DNA of 63,805 nucleotides, counting the filler, from Octopus bimaculoides (lineage: Eukaryota): assembly GCF_001194135.2 (NCBI RefSeq). It is 8 parts of 7 records of this genome, joined end to end, with 100 filler letters (N's around TTAATTAATTAA, not from the genome) between each part and the next. Parts side by side here need not be neighbours in the genome. Positions count along the whole stretch, not along the records: positions 22,917 to 36,253 come from NW_026310629.1; positions 36,354 to 46,269 come from NC_068982.1; positions 46,370 to 54,143 come from NC_068996.1; 5 more parts are not named here. One strand, written 5' to 3'. Position 1 is the first letter of the stretch. Every line of letters starts with the position of its first letter. The position numbers were made by a program, and so were the translations under genes. The notes beneath the pieces were generated by a model. That model saw nothing but the letters and a program-made list of their open reading frames with translations, searched no databases and was not told where the DNA came from. This document shows, in pieces, positions 35,464-49,790 of the stretch.

Positions 35464-36253
35464 CACATATATATATATATATATATGTATGTTTCTATAT
35501 CATACATTTTAATACATTTTATAAATGTATATATAAATATATATATATGAATAAATATATGTATTATATAAGATAAAAAATATACATTATATATATTCTA
35601 CATATATTATAGATTTATAACCTGTGTATACAAATATATAATTTATATATATTTATATATAAAATAGTTTATTAATATAATTTATACATTATATAACATA
35701 TATTATGTATGTTACATAAAACATATACCTTATATGATAGAAATTGTATACCACATATGCAATTTATATCATACACAGGTATATATAGGCATATATAGGC
35801 ATGTGTGTATGTATGCATGTATGTATACAGGAATGAGTGTGTATGTGATGGTATTCAATAAATGTATGTTACTTCCTCTTGAAACAATTCACAGACGCCA
35901 TCTTTTTGATAATTCTGTTCAAGAAAGATGGAATTACCAATTCCTCGACAGAATGGAATTCGTTACAAGATTGGAATTCGTAATTCAGAGCATCACGTGA
36001 CGCAGTGAGTAGGCTTAAAGACAATAACTGCAACTGTGTAGCCGTCGTCACCACCACTACAATGGGCAGTATCACGCCATTGCCGCCGCCGCCGTGACCT
36101 TAAGAATCACCACCACCACAGCCACCGCCACTTCCAATGCCTCTACCACCATCAGCACTACCACCGCCTCCGAAGCCCGCGCCAACACAACCACCAGTAC
36201 CATCACCAATACCACCACAATACAACCACCACCACCACCACCACCACCACCAC

Positions 36254-36353
36254 NNNNNNNNNNNNNNNNNNNNNNNNNNNNNNNNNNNNNNNNNNNNTTA
36301 ATTAATTAANNNNNNNNNNNNNNNNNNNNNNNNNNNNNNNNNNNNNNNNNNNN
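36254..36353. other. Artificial scaffold-joining spacer
   Basis: 44 N + TTAATTAATTAA + 44 N. Confidence 0.93.
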
Positions 36354-36384
<31 letters not shown>

Positions 36385-37345
36385 ATGTATGTATAATTGC
36401 GTGTGTGTATGTATGAGTGTGTGCTGTGTGTGTATGGGAGGTATGTGTGGGTTCATCTGCCTGTGCGTGTATGGGTGTGCGTGGGTATATGTGTGTGTGC
36501 GTGTGAGTGTATGTGCGTGTGTACATGTTTGTGTATGTGCGTGTGTATTTTGTGTGTGTGTGCATGTGTGCGCGTGTGTATGTGTGTTGTGCATGTGTGT
36601 GTGAACGAGGGGTTATGTAGGGAGTATAGGTGCGTTTTTATGCGCGTGTATGCGTGTGCGTGTGTGTGTACGTGTGTATGTGTATGTGCGTGTAGTTGTG
36701 TGTGAGTATATGCGTGTGTGTGTATGTGTGTGCGTATGCGAGTGTGTATACGTGTATGCGTGGGTTGTGAGAGTTAGGTATGTGTGCGTTCATGTGAATG
36801 TGTGCGTGCATGTGTACGCGTGTGTGTGTATGTGTCCATATGTGTATGCGTATGTGTATGTGTGTGTGTGTCCGTGTATTATATACTGTGTGTATGTATA
36901 TGTGCGTATGTGATTTTGTGTATGCGTGTGTGCGTGAGTTGTGTGGCGTGCATGCGTTTACACCTGTGAGTGTAAGTGCGTGTGTTTTTTTGCCCATGTG
37001 TGTGTAATTGTGTGCGTCTCTGTTTGTGCATTGTGTGTTGGAGTTATATGTGCGTACATGTACTAGCGTGTGTATGTGTGTGTACGTACGTGTGTATATG
37101 TGTGTGTGCGTGTGTGTATGTGTGCGTGTATATGTGTGTGTNNNNNNNNNNNNNNNNNNNNNNNNNNNNNNNNNNNNNNNNNNNNNNNNNNNNNNNNNNN
37201 NNNNNNNNNNNNNNNNNNNNNNNNNNNNNNNNNNNNNNNNNGTGCGTGTGTATATGTGTGTGTGTGAACGTGGAAATGTGTGTCGGGTTATGGTGACTCT
37301 TGTGTGTATGTTTCATGTGCGTGTGTCTGTCTGTGTGTGTGAATG
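36354..37345. repeat. Degenerate (TG)n satellite
   Basis: Direct reading. Confidence 0.92.
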
Positions 37346-38839
37346 AATGCGTCTATACACCCATTACAACGGGTACGACAGCAACAACAACACCAACGAT
37401 GACAACAACAACAGCAACAACAACAAAAACAAAGTAACTAAAATGACGAGAACCATGAGGACATTATATATCGATGTCAAAGATAAAAGCAATGGCGCTG
37501 ATGATAAATTTACCAAATGAACTCGTTGTTATTAGAAGTTTCTGATATTTGTTTTCTTTTCCGTTTCGTTGCGCGATTTCCTGTTGGGTTTTTAATTCTG
37601 TTTAGGGAGAAACATTTTATGGTAAATGAAGTTATCTATTAATATTAAATTAATAGTCTATAAAACATTTAACGACAATAACAACACAACTGAAGCTGTT
37701 AAAAGATAATATGACATACATACATACATACATACATATGTGCATAAATAAATGGATGCATACATACATACATGCACACATACATAGCCAGCCAGCCAGA
37801 CAGACAGACAGACTGATAGAGAGATAGGTAGTTAGGTAGATAGATAGATAGCGATATATATATATATATATATATATANNNNNNNNNNNNNNNNNNNNNN
37901 NNNNNNNNNNNNNNNNNNNNNNNNNNNNNNNNNNNNNNNNNNNNNNNNNNNNNNNNNNNNNNNNNNNNNNNNNNNNNNNNNNNNNNNNNNNNNNNNNNNN
38001 NNNNNNNNNNNNNNNNNNNNNNNNNNNNNNNNNNNNNNNNNNNNNNNNNNNNNNNNNNNNNNNNNNNNNNNNNNNNNNNNNNNNNNNNNNNNNNNNNNNN
38101 NNNNNNNNNNNNNNNNNNNNNNNNNNNNNNNNNNNNNNNNNNNNNNNNNNNNNNNNNNNNNNNNNNNNNNNNNNNNNNNNNNNNNNNNNNNNNNNNNNNN
38201 NNNNNNNNNNNNNNNNNNNNNNNNNNNNNNNNNNNNNNNNNNNNNNNNNNNNNNNNNNNNNNNNNNNNNNNNNNNNNNNNNNNNNNNNNNNNNNNNNNNN
38301 NNNNNNNNNNNNNNNNNNNNNNNNNNNNNNNNNNNNNNNNNNNNNNNNNNNNNNNNNNNNNNNNNNNNNNNNNNNNNNNNNNNNNNNNNNNNNNNNNNNN
38401 NNNNNNNNNNNNNNNNNNNNNNNNNNNNNNNNNNNNNNNNNNNNNNNNNNNNNNNNNNNNNNNNNNNNATGTATGTATGTATATATACGTAATAATTACG
38501 TATACACACACACACACATATATGGAGTGAGTGTACATGTGTGTGTGTACGTATATTATGTTTATACAAAGCATATATAAATATTTTCATGTTTTCCAGT
38601 GTATATGTACATGTGTATCACACGCACATACATGCACTCACAAACTCAAAACACACATATACATATATAAAAGCAGTGCAGTAATGAGGCGGGAATGAAG
38701 TGAAAATATTATCTATATATCTATGGAGATGTATTGAAATATCTAATCTTTGCATATGGCGTATCTATGCCTAACAACCCGTCTCTATTTATATACTTAT
38801 TTATTTATGCAGCTTGTTTGAAAACCCGAAAACCAGAAC

Positions 38840-39221
38840 TTATGTGTGTGTGCGTGTGCATGTGTGTGTGTGTGTGTGTATGTGTGTGTGCATTTATGTA
38901 TGTATGTGTGGGTGTGCATGAATGTATATTTGTATGTATGTATGATGTATATATGTATGTATGTAGCTATCTATATATATATATATCTCTCCATCCATCC
39001 ATCTATCCAGCCATCCAGCCATCCAACCATCCATCCAACCATCCATTCATCCGTCTCTTTCTCCATATGTGTGTGTGTGTGTGCATACACACACACATAT
39101 TTGTATGTGTGTATGTATATGTGCATATAAATATATGATTATATATGTGTGAATATATATACATTTATATATACATATAAAAATATGAATATATATGAGT
39201 GTGTGTGTGTAGGTATATATA

Positions 39222-39255
<34 letters not shown>

Positions 39256-39336
39256 CATGCATATGTGTATATATATCTAATATATACACACACATATATA
39301 TGTGCATATATATAGATATATATATACATATATATA

Positions 39337-39374
<38 letters not shown>

Positions 39375-39560
39375 CATATATATACACACACACATACATG
39401 GATATACTGACGTATATATTTATATATTTAAAAGGCTATATATGTGTGTGCGTATATGTGTATGCATATATATATATATATATATATATGCATGCTTATA
39501 CATAATATATATATATGTATGTATACACACACACATACATACATACACACGTACATATGT
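38840..39560. repeat. Compound TG/TATG/CATC/TA microsatellites
   Basis: Direct reading. Confidence 0.9.
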
Positions 39561-40188
39561 TATGAATTTAATGCTAAATATTTGTAATTATATGAGAATC
39601 ATGGCTCCCTTGATATGAACTCATTTATTGCAAGTCCTGAAAACAGCAACAAATAAAATAATAGCAGCGACATCAACTCACAAAATGCATGGAAATAACA
39701 GTTACAACATGTAGAACGAATATCAAATTAATAATATAAACTAACATAGTAACAAAATAACAACTCCTAATATTTAGATTATATTGATTCCTGCAGTTAG
39801 TGCAGTAGCAACAACAGCAATGCCTCCACCACNNNNNNNNNNNNNNNNNNNNNNNNNNNNNNNNNNNNNNNNNNNNNNNNNNNNNNNNNNNNNNNNNNNN
39901 NNNNNNNNNNNNNNNNNNNNNNNNNNNNNNNNNNNNNNNNNNNNNNNNNNNNNNNNNNNNNNNNNNNNNNNNNNNNNNNNNNNNNNNNNNNNNNNNNNNN
40001 NNNNNNNNNNNNNNNNNNNNNNNNNNNNNNNNNNNNNNNNNNNNNNNNNNNNNNNNNNNNNNNNNNNNNNNNNNNNNNNNNNNNNNNNNNNNNNNNNNNN
40101 NNNNNNNNNNNNNNNNNNNNNNNNNNNNNNNNNNNNNNNNNNNNNNNNNNNNNNNNNNNNNNNNNNNNNNNNNNNNNNNNNNNNNNNN

Positions 40189-40240
<52 letters not shown>

Positions 40241-41182
40241 TACACTAACATATTCGCTTATTTATAGCTTTTTAATAGTTAATTCTAATCGATGCCTTTC
40301 ATCATACATCGACGCCCTGATAATGGATATTCTACTTCACTATTTTGATTTCTTCATTGGCCCAGAAACACAAATTTATTTGAACCACTGTGGAGGGATG
40401 TGCGGTAATGACGTAGTAGAAAATATGGAGGCCCAGAGATAACAACTATAAATTTATTATAATAGTTCCTTTTTATTTTCTACGCACCACTAAGCAGTGG
40501 AAACCTATTCTGTGCTAGTAGAACTATAATCAAAAATAGTTAAAAAGCATGGGCACTTCTTTCAAACGTTGTGAAGTCTAGTTCTGAAATGGACTGGAGA
40601 GGAATTCATGCATAAATATATTATAAATTTCAATTTACAACGTTAATAAAAGCAAAGTTTACATCAATGTGTTGTAGAAATGCTGATACATATGTTCGTT
40701 TATGTAAAGTGAATGTAAGTCAATGTTGTAGGAATATGTTCTTAAATTGAAGCTTCTTTTGAGTATCACACGTGATGAGAATGAAAAAAATGTTGCTGGT
40801 TGGGGAGAGAGGGAGAGAAATAAAATAACACACGTAGTACGAAAATTTAAAAGAAAATGAAATATTGCAACTTGTCATTTTGTACAACTTAACAAGTGTC
40901 AATTGTTTTTAGAGCAGCTGATTACGGGTGTAAGTATGGCTGTCGGGTGAAGAAGTTAGCTATGCAACCGAGTGGTTTCGGATTCAGTCCTACTGCTTGT
41001 TATTTTAGGAACCCATATACGTGTGAACAGTCATAAAAACTCTCCTGAATTTTGAAAATTTTGACCTAGTAAAATATCGAAGACATGACATCTTGGAGGT
41101 AGATGGAGTTGCATGGGCAGTAAGCTGGTACCTTTTTTTCTCAGGTGAGTTATACGTGAAATGAAACTTTTTATTCAAGATC

Positions 41183-41250
41183 GGTCCGAGAATCGAACCC
41201 ATGACGTTACGATCGTGAATCCAACACGCTAATCACTAAACCTCGCGCTT
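41183..41250 (-). mobile_element. tRNA-derived SINE head (family D-like)
   Basis: Minus: GCGCGAGGTTTAGTGATTAG...GGGTTCGATTCTCGGACC, A/B boxes. Confidence 0.55.
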
Positions 41251-42291
41251 TCATATATAGTGAAATGAAAACGAAATAAAACGAAAATAAGACTGACAGA
41301 GGAGTCTCTTTTGTGATCAGATTAAATAAAAAAAATTAAAAAATGGAATAATAGAATACGCGGGCCATCCAACTTTAAGATACTTAAGTGGGTCTTAACG
41401 TATTTGCTGTTATGAGGTAAGAAGTTTTATATATCTAAAGTTATTTCCACAGTGATGACAAAGAATGATTATCTTAGATATTGATTCTAGACAAGAAAAG
41501 CAGGGGAGACAACTTCAGAATATTAATAATTGGAAATTAATTATAAGTAGACTGCAATATGGAATGGGGTTTAAATTTTTGGCGGGAGGATGACAACTGC
41601 CGACGTATGCCGGTCTTATTGGGCTTCATTGGCGAAATATAGTCTTTACTTTTTGAAATATCGGAGAAAGAATAGGATTTTAGTGAATGGGTAATGGATG
41701 ATATAATAGCTTAAAGAAATGATCGAGGGAAATATCCTGAACGCCTGCTGCTTGTGAAAATAACAGTAGAGTGGACTCTACTATAATTGATGTAGTTGGA
41801 CAGGTAATTTTAATTAAAATTACAGCCGTAGATTAAAAAAACCCAGTTATCTTAATGAAATATTGTTGTCAAAGATCAGATTCAATACTGCTTTTATATA
41901 ATTACGACAGCCATCTAGAATCGATTAAAGATGACAACTAGTTTAGTTGTAAGAAATGTGGTTAAAAAGAATGAGACCAATGACTCAAAGACAATGATCG
42001 ATAATAATAAATTGTGCAACATCTAAAATACATTTAACCAATAAATGTTCGCTATTATATAGAAACTTATTTAATTTCCAGTATTATTTCAATTGATATT
42101 TCTACGATGATTTGCACTTATTTTTATTCCAAATGTCTTCGCTATTAATATATTATACACAAGTTTCAGTCAATGTATCAAAAATGCAACCTGCCAGTGG
42201 CTATAGAAGTAGGTAACTGTATACGTTATACCTGATATCTTCACACAGAAAGTAGTTAAATGTCTTCAACGTAATTTTTGAACAAGACTTG

Positions 42292-42966
42292 GATCTAGTT
42301 TTTTTCATTCGCAAAATATGCATTTTTTTAAAGGAGGTAAAAAATCTGAAAATCGGCTATAATAATGTAGCCTTCCAGTCTCATTGCTTTGAAGGAATGA
42401 TGTTGTGGAGAAAGAAATTGGAGAAAAAAGTTACAGAGGTTTAAAAATCGAAAAATCTGTGCAGTTATAGCCAATAGCGAGACAGAAATCATAAATCCAG
42501 CTATCTGAGTCAATGAATCCAAAAAATATATGAAATTAAAAATATGTAAAAATGCTAACACACAGAAAAAGCACAGAAAAATACTAACACACAAAAGCAC
42601 AGAAAAATATGTAATATACTAACACACAGAAAAATTAAAACAAAACACATGGGTGAAAAGAATCTCGTTGTATGAAGAATCAAGTGTGAAAAACGAACAT
42701 AGACAACAGCGACACAAACAACAGTGAACCACAACACAGCGTGCGGTTGTCATAGTAACAAGTTGCCAATGCCACGCTGTCTGTTGATTGGCTAAAATTA
42801 CCCAAATTTTCCAACTTTAATTCCAAATAGCATCAGATTCCTTAATTTACGAGACTGTAATTGTTTGATCGTAATCAAAATTCAGAGTTGCATCGATACA
42901 CCAAAATTGAAAGCAATCTGAACAAAATTAAGGCGGGCTCATTTTGCGAATGAGAAAGACTAGATC
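42292..42966. mobile_element. MITE-like element with about 26-bp TIRs
   Basis: GATCTAGTTTTTTTCATTCGCAAAAT (42292-42317) and ATTTTGCGAATGAGAAAGACTAGATC (42941-42966); 24/26 inverted match. Confidence 0.75.
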
Positions 42967-44019
42967 TCGAGACTCGAAATTTAACCTATAAATACTGAAA
43001 TGACTTGGAGATTCTTCTTTTAATATTGGCCGTCAATATGCAGAAGCTTAATAATGATCTTAAATTGAAAATCTTCCGTTTGTAAAGTTTATGCACGGGA
43101 GGGCACCGTCCAATGTCATAAACAACCACACGCTAGTGAAGACAACGAGTAAACAACCCTCCTGCTTCTATGATACTACCAACTGCTGACCTTTTGACCT
43201 AACAGCCGAGATCTCAAAGATGATAAAGACAGTCGAAGGTCATGCATTTTTTAACACTTTGACACCCTTTCTCTTGTTAGTGATTAGACCCAGATTTACT
43301 ATAGAGCTGTTATCATATGTCACACACGCGTAAGTTTCCCGTTCTTGAGATCTTCAACGATAGCACTAGAGCAAATTTTTACCATATTTAGCGCGAGAAA
43401 ACCCTAGTAAATTTTCCCACATAAGAACTCCTTAAAACTTGTTATTCTCACCAAATTATCGCTAACTCATTCTCGAGGTGGGCCTTTCAGTGGCATAGTC
43501 ACTACATGTCCTGCATACACATTGTAAAAATTAAAAGAGAAATAATTAAATATGGAAATGTTAACATTAACAACGAAACCAAATTGCTTAAAAAGAAAAT
43601 GTACATTTATATAAAATACTGAAAGTAGCGGCACAAATTCAGTTTGACTTACAACCACGATAGGGTGGATTAGCTCGGTACTAAATAGTTGCTAGGTGTA
43701 TTATACACACGCGTGCACGCATACACACACACACACACACAAAAATTTAGGTTTTGGCTAGTATTAGTTACTTTTTGAATGTTATAGGATCTTTTTCTTT
43801 GATTTCTTTCGGGATAATATTGAATAAAGTAGAACCTGTTGATCGGGGAAAATAAACTGTATCGCAATATTGTTATATTACGTGAGTTGATGTCTTTAGG
43901 CGGCGTATGGCACGTGGTGGTGGGGGTGGGGTCAAGCCTTAAGAAATAGGGAACTCATTTGAGAGAATAAAATCATTTGCATAGTAATGTATTTAAATTA
44001 CAACTGGTCAAAAATAATA

Positions 44020-44365
44020 TAGTTGGCTGCAGATATCCAGAAGAGATATTTATTAATTTCAAAGAATTACAATACTTTAATCAAAATAGGATCCTCTGAA
44101 TTCAGTGCATCTGATGTAGAGCACCAGCTACTTCTTGAAGTCCTCTGAAATGAAGGTGTCCAACCTCAGCATCTGCTTAATGTCTCCCAAACGACTGTTC
44201 CTGATGTTCTCCTTCGGCATAGGAAACAGTCAAGTCACAGGGTACAAGGTCTGGACTGCGGAGAGGCTGAGGGAGAGATTTGATGTCCATCTCTATGAAG
44301 GAATTGGTTACTAGAATGGAATTGCGGACTGGTACATTGTCCTGGTACAGTGAAACTAAACAGAT
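44020..44365 (-). mobile_element. mariner transposase C-terminal remnant
   Basis: YQDNVPVRNSILVTN...IKSLPQPLRSPDLVPCD / LFPMPKENIRNSRL.DI..: decayed HDNA and YSPDLAPCD motifs, frameshifted. Confidence 0.8.
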
Positions 44366-44548
44366 CAACATACAGACGGATAGGTTCATAGGTTATATGA
44401 GCAGACAAGCACACATACGCAAATGAAGACTGAAACACGTGACCATATATATACACACACTTTACTTCACATAAGGACACATATGGAGACACGTGTCCAC
44501 ACATATGGAAATGCACATCCATACATACAAACACGGTACATAGTTACA

Positions 44549-44584
<36 letters not shown>

Positions 44585-45603
44585 AGACATGGAGAAAGAG
44601 GTACACACACACATATACAAACACATNNNNNNNNNNNNNNNNNNNNNNNNNNNNNNNNNNNNNNNNNNNNNNNNNNNNNNNNNNNNNNNNNNNNNNNNNN
44701 NNNNNNNNNNNNNNNNNNNNNNNNNNNNNNNNNNNNNNNNNNNNNNNNNNNNNNNNNNNNNNNNNNNNNNNNNNNNNNNNNNNNNNNNNNNNNNNNNNNN
44801 NNNNNNNNNNNNNNNNNNNNNNNNNNNNNNNNNNNNNNNNNNNNNNNNNNNNNNNNNNNNNNNNNNNNNNNNNNNNNNNNNNNNNNNNNNNNNNNNNNNN
44901 NNNNNNNNNNNNNNNNNNNNNNNNNNNNNNNNNNNNNNNNNNNNNNNNNNNNNNNNNNNNNNNNNNNNNNNNNNNNNNNNNNNNNNNNNNNNNNNNNNNN
45001 NNNNNNNNNNNNNNNNNNNNNNNNNNNNNNNNNNNNNNNNNNNNNNNNNNNNNNNNNNNNNNNNNNNNNNNNNNNNNNNNNNNNNNNNNNNNNNNNNNNN
45101 NNNNNNNNNNNNNNNNNNNNNNNNNNNNNNNNNNNNNNNNNNNNNNNNNNNNNNNNNNNNNNNNNNNNNNNNNNNNNNNNNNNNNNNNNNNNNNNNNNNN
45201 NNNNNNNNNNNNNNNNNNNNNNNNNNNNNNNNNNNNNNNNNNNNNNNNNNNNNNNNNNNNNNNNNNNNNNNNNNNNNNNNNNNNNNNNNNNNNNNNNNNN
45301 NNNNNNNNNNNNNNNNNNNNNNNNNNNNNNNNNNNNNNNNNNNNNNNNNNNNNNNNNNNNNNNNNNNNNNNNNNNNNNNNNNNNNNNNNNNNNNNNNNNN
45401 NNNNNNNNNNNNNNNNNNNNNNNNNNNNNNNNNNNNNNNNNNNNNNNNNNNNNNNNNNNNNNNNNNNNNNNNNNNNNNNNNNNNNNNNNNNNNNNNNNNN
45501 NNNNNNNNNNNNNNNNNNNNNNNNNNNNNNNNNNNNNNNNNNNNNNNNNNNNNNNNNNNNNNNNNNNNNNNNNNNNNNNNNNNNNNNNNNNNNNNNNNNN
45601 NNN

Positions 45604-45834
45604 TGTGTGTGTGTGTGTATGTTTGTGTCTGTGTTTGTCCCCCCCCAACTTCGCTTGACAGCCGATGCTGGTGTGTTTATGTCTCCGTAACCTAGCGGTT
45701 CGGCAAAAAGAGACCAATAGAATAAGTACTAGGCTTACAAAGAATAAGTCTTTTGGGTCGATTTTCTCGACTAAAGGCGGTGCCCCAGCATGGCCGCAGT
45801 CAAATGACTGAAACAAGTAAAAGAGTAAAAGAGA

Positions 45835-45835
<1 letters not shown>
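45604..45835 (+). mobile_element. SINE family A, 3' half
   Basis: Homologous to 23310-23520. Confidence 0.88.
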
Positions 45836-45882
<47 letters not shown>

Positions 45883-46269
45883 ATGCATATGTGTGTTTAC
45901 GTACATATATAAGCACATATACATACATCATACATACACACATGCATACATACATAAAAAGCAATACTAGACAGGAGAGTTCTCGCAGATTTCTTATGGG
46001 ATATATAAAAATGTACATGGATTTCTAAATGCTGGTATTTGTCAGGTAATTTATATTAAAGCACTGTATAATTATAAAAGAAAATTCATGCATACAAACG
46101 TCCATACATACATACACATAGAATACATATATGTATGTATACACACCTGTATATACTCACACATATACGTATATATTCATAAAAAATAAAGACACAAACA
46201 TACATACACACGCAGACACACAAATCAACCTCTCACCCATTCACACACATACACGCACACGCACGCACA

Positions 46270-46369
46270 NNNNNNNNNNNNNNNNNNNNNNNNNNNNNNN
46301 NNNNNNNNNNNNNTTAATTAATTAANNNNNNNNNNNNNNNNNNNNNNNNNNNNNNNNNNNNNNNNNNNN
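46270..46369. other. Artificial scaffold-joining spacer
   Basis: 44 N + TTAATTAATTAA + 44 N. Confidence 0.93.
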
Positions 46370-46399
46370 TATATATATACATGTAATATATATATGCAC

Positions 46400-46437
<38 letters not shown>

Positions 46438-47014
46438 TGTTTTCATTGTATTAATAATTTAAAATAGTATGAATTACTATATTTGATTTAATTTTTATTG
46501 TTGAAATAAATCTTTGATAATGATATGTTTAAATGGACGTTAATTTTAAATAATAATTTACGATTGATTTGCTGTATATTATTTTAGATAATTGTGTAAA
46601 TACTTCATGGGTATGCATGAATGTAAATTTGATCGAATCAACTGGAAGACACGTCGTTGTAACCGACGGAGAACCAGGCCATTTTACTATAGTCTCGATT
46701 CGACACAAGCCTTCTGAGTGGAATAGGTTTACAGAAATGCTGACTGGCCATCAAATCAACTGAACCTGTAATTAAAAAGTCCAGTCTCCTAACACTCTGA
46801 CTTTGATATGGCCTGAAAGGCAGGTTAAGAGTAAGCGTACCTGTGGAGTATTCAACCACGTTCATGTTAATTCAAAGAAAAGATTGTTCAATTGACTTAA
46901 CAATTAAAATGCTCATCGCTGAAATCGACGGAGGATAGCTCACGAAAGTCTATTTATTCCTTTCTCTCTGTTTGTCTGTCTGTGTGTCTATCTGCCTGTC
47001 TGTCTGTCTGTTTG

Positions 47015-47081
<67 letters not shown>

Positions 47082-48074
47082 TCCTAAATAGTATATTTAC
47101 GTAGGGAGAAAAACACTAATAGAGAGAACACGTGATCCTCTTTAGCTTCGGCGGTGTTATACCTGTTTGTTATTTCATTACATTGATAGCTGATATATTT
47201 TTGTGAAAATATAACTTAAGTTCCTTCACATGTTCTTCTCAATTGTAAATACACTTCCTCATATCTAAGTTACNNNNNNNNNNNNNNNNNNNNNNNNNNN
47301 NNNNNNNNNNNNNNNNNNNNNNNNNNNNNNNNNNNNNNNNNNNNNNNNNNNNNNNNNNNNNNNNNNNNNNNNNNNNNNNNNNNNNNNNNNNNNNNNNNNN
47401 NNNNNNNNNNNNNNNNNNNNNNNNNNNNNNNNNNNNNNNNNNNNNNNNNNNNNNNNNNNNNNNNNNNNNNNNNNNNNNNNNNNNNNNNNNNNNNNNNNNN
47501 NNNNNNNNNNNNNNNNNNNNNNNNNNNNNNNNNNNNNNNNNNNNNNNNNNNNNNNNNNNNNNNNNNNNNATATATACATACAACAAACTTATATGCATAA
47601 ACTACATACACACCCACACAAAGACATACATATATATATATTGTGATACCTACATACATACGTACACATTACATAAATGAATGAATGTGTGAATGTGCTG
47701 TTCTACTATGAAAGCGATTTTGTGTCTTTCCGTGCTCATTTTATAGACTTAGTATATTACACATGCATACACACAAAAGATCACACGCTGGCTTAGAGGA
47801 TTACACATGAGTGTCTTTGTGTATGTGCCTATGTATGTGCCTCCTGAGACGTGAGGTTAGGGAAAGCCATTTGACATAAAAACAGTCTCATAAACATCTA
47901 TGAACGTGTATATATAAGCTGCATACAGAGATTCCTGAACTGTTACAGGTGCCGTTGTTCTCTCTTATTTACGGTTTCTCACAGTTCGTGTCTTTCGCGA
48001 AGCTTCAAACGAAAACAAAGACTTAGCGTTTATTAAGAGGGGATATTGTAAGTTTTTTTGACAACCTTTTAACA

Positions 48075-48415
48075 ATTATGTGCCTGTTGGAACTTCAACT
48101 CCGGCTTTTCCTGGGGAATTGTTGATATGGAAGAGTTACATTTTTTGCCGAGATAACTCTGGCACCGATGAGAACCAACTGCTTGGTATGTCCCCGAAAG
48201 TCTTTCAGTCAGGGAACAATGGGTAACTTCCTTAAATCTTTGGACTGATAAAGCTACCGGCGGGATGGAATAATCGGTTCGAGGTAAATTTTACAACCAC
48301 AGAAGGTCCATCAACTGGGCCTGCCGAAGAGAGGTGCGGAGCGATGAAATCGTTCTATATGCATACATTCATTTTCTGAGAATTACTTTATTTGAGAAGT
48401 TTCGTCGAACAGTTG
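48075..48415 (-). mobile_element. Possible decayed L1-type ORF1 fragment
   Basis: Across a frameshift: IERFHR...GP.VVVKF...GSYPLFPD, resembling the IERAHR / IVKF / FPD motifs of L1 ORF1p; several stops. Confidence 0.35.
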
Positions 48416-48420
48416 ATTTT

Positions 48421-48603
48421 GCGGCTGTTTAAGAAGCTTGCTTCTCAACCACATGGTTCTGGGTTCAGTCCCACTGCGTGGCACCTTGGGTAAGTACTGT
48501 AGCTACGGGCCGACCAAAGCCTTGTGAGTGGATATGGTTGACGGAAACTGAAAGAAGTCCATCGTATGAATATATATTTGTGTGCGTATATATTTATATA
48601 TAC

Positions 48604-48634
<31 letters not shown>

Positions 48635-49290
48635 CATATATATGTACACACAAACACACACACACACACACACACATATTATACACAAATGCAATATATG
48701 CATGCATGTCACGTATATAAATATGTGTTTATATTGATATATATTGATATANNNNNNNNNNNNNNNNNNNNNNNNNNNNNNNNNNNNNNNNNNNNNNNNN
48801 NNNNNNNNNNNNNNNNNNNNNNNNNNNNNNNNNNNNNNNNNNNNNNNNNNNNNNNNNNNNNNNNNNNNNNNNNNNNNNNNNNNNNNNNNNNNNNNNNNNN
48901 NNNNNNNNNNNNNNNNNNNNNNNNNNNNNNNNNNNNNNNNNNNNNNNNNNNNNNNNNNNNNNNNNNNNNNNNNNNNNNNNNNNNNNNNNNNNNNNNNNNN
49001 NNNNNNNNNNNNNNNNNNNNNNNNNNNNNNNNNNNNNNNNNNNNNNNNNNNNNNNNNNNATATATATATATATATACATACATATTTGTTTGTGTCTGTG
49101 ACTGTGTCTGTCAACCGGTGTTGGTGTGTTTACGTCCCCGTAACCTAACGCTTCGGCAAAAAGAGCCGATGGAACAAGTACCAGGCTTAAATGTAAGTAC
49201 TGGGGCCGATCCATTCGACTAAAATTCTTCAAGGCGGTGCCACAGCATGGCCGCAGTCTAATGACTGAAACAAGTAAAAGTTAAAAGAAT
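48421..49290 (+). mobile_element. SINE family A split by expanded microsatellite and gap
   Basis: 5' half 48421-48566, 3' half 49086-49290. Confidence 0.8.
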
Positions 49291-49503
49291 ATTAGACAGC
49301 AAGTAACCAAATCCATGTTCATCTAATGACACCTCAGTGGGATCTGGGTAAAATGATGGCAATGGTAAAAGAATACGGAAAAAATTATTGAACCCAAATC
49401 CAACCTTGATATTCCTAACATATTCGATTATTTTTTTAGTCCAAAGAGTGTGAGTAGATGTAAAGGCTATTGCAGTCATCGTGAAAACCTAATTATTATA
49501 TTT

Positions 49504-49790
49504 GGCATGGCTCAGTTGTTAGAGCGTCGGGCTCACAATCATACGTTCGATTCCTGGACTGGGCTGTGTGTTGTGTTCTTCGGCAAGACACTTTATTTCA
49601 CGTTGCTCCAGTTCAATCAGTTTTAGAAATGAATTGCAGTCTCACTGGTGCCAAGCTTGATCGGTTTTTGCCTTTCGCTTGGATAACATTGGTCGCATAG
49701 AGCGGGGAAGCTGATATGCATGGGCGACTGCTGGTCGTCAATAAACAACCTTGTCCGGATTTGTGCCTCAGAAGTGGGTCTTTACCGAAG
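49504..49790 (+). mobile_element. tRNA-derived SINE family D
   Basis: GGCATGGCTCAGTTGTTAGAG..GTTCGATTCC..GGCAAGACACTTTATTTCAC; the core is also seen near 25425-25450. Confidence 0.65.

Noticed and set aside
41598-41640. Very degenerate hammerhead-like remnant on minus (CCAAUGAAGCCC...AUACGUC)
   Set aside because: Both core segments are mutated; cannot be distinguished from chance
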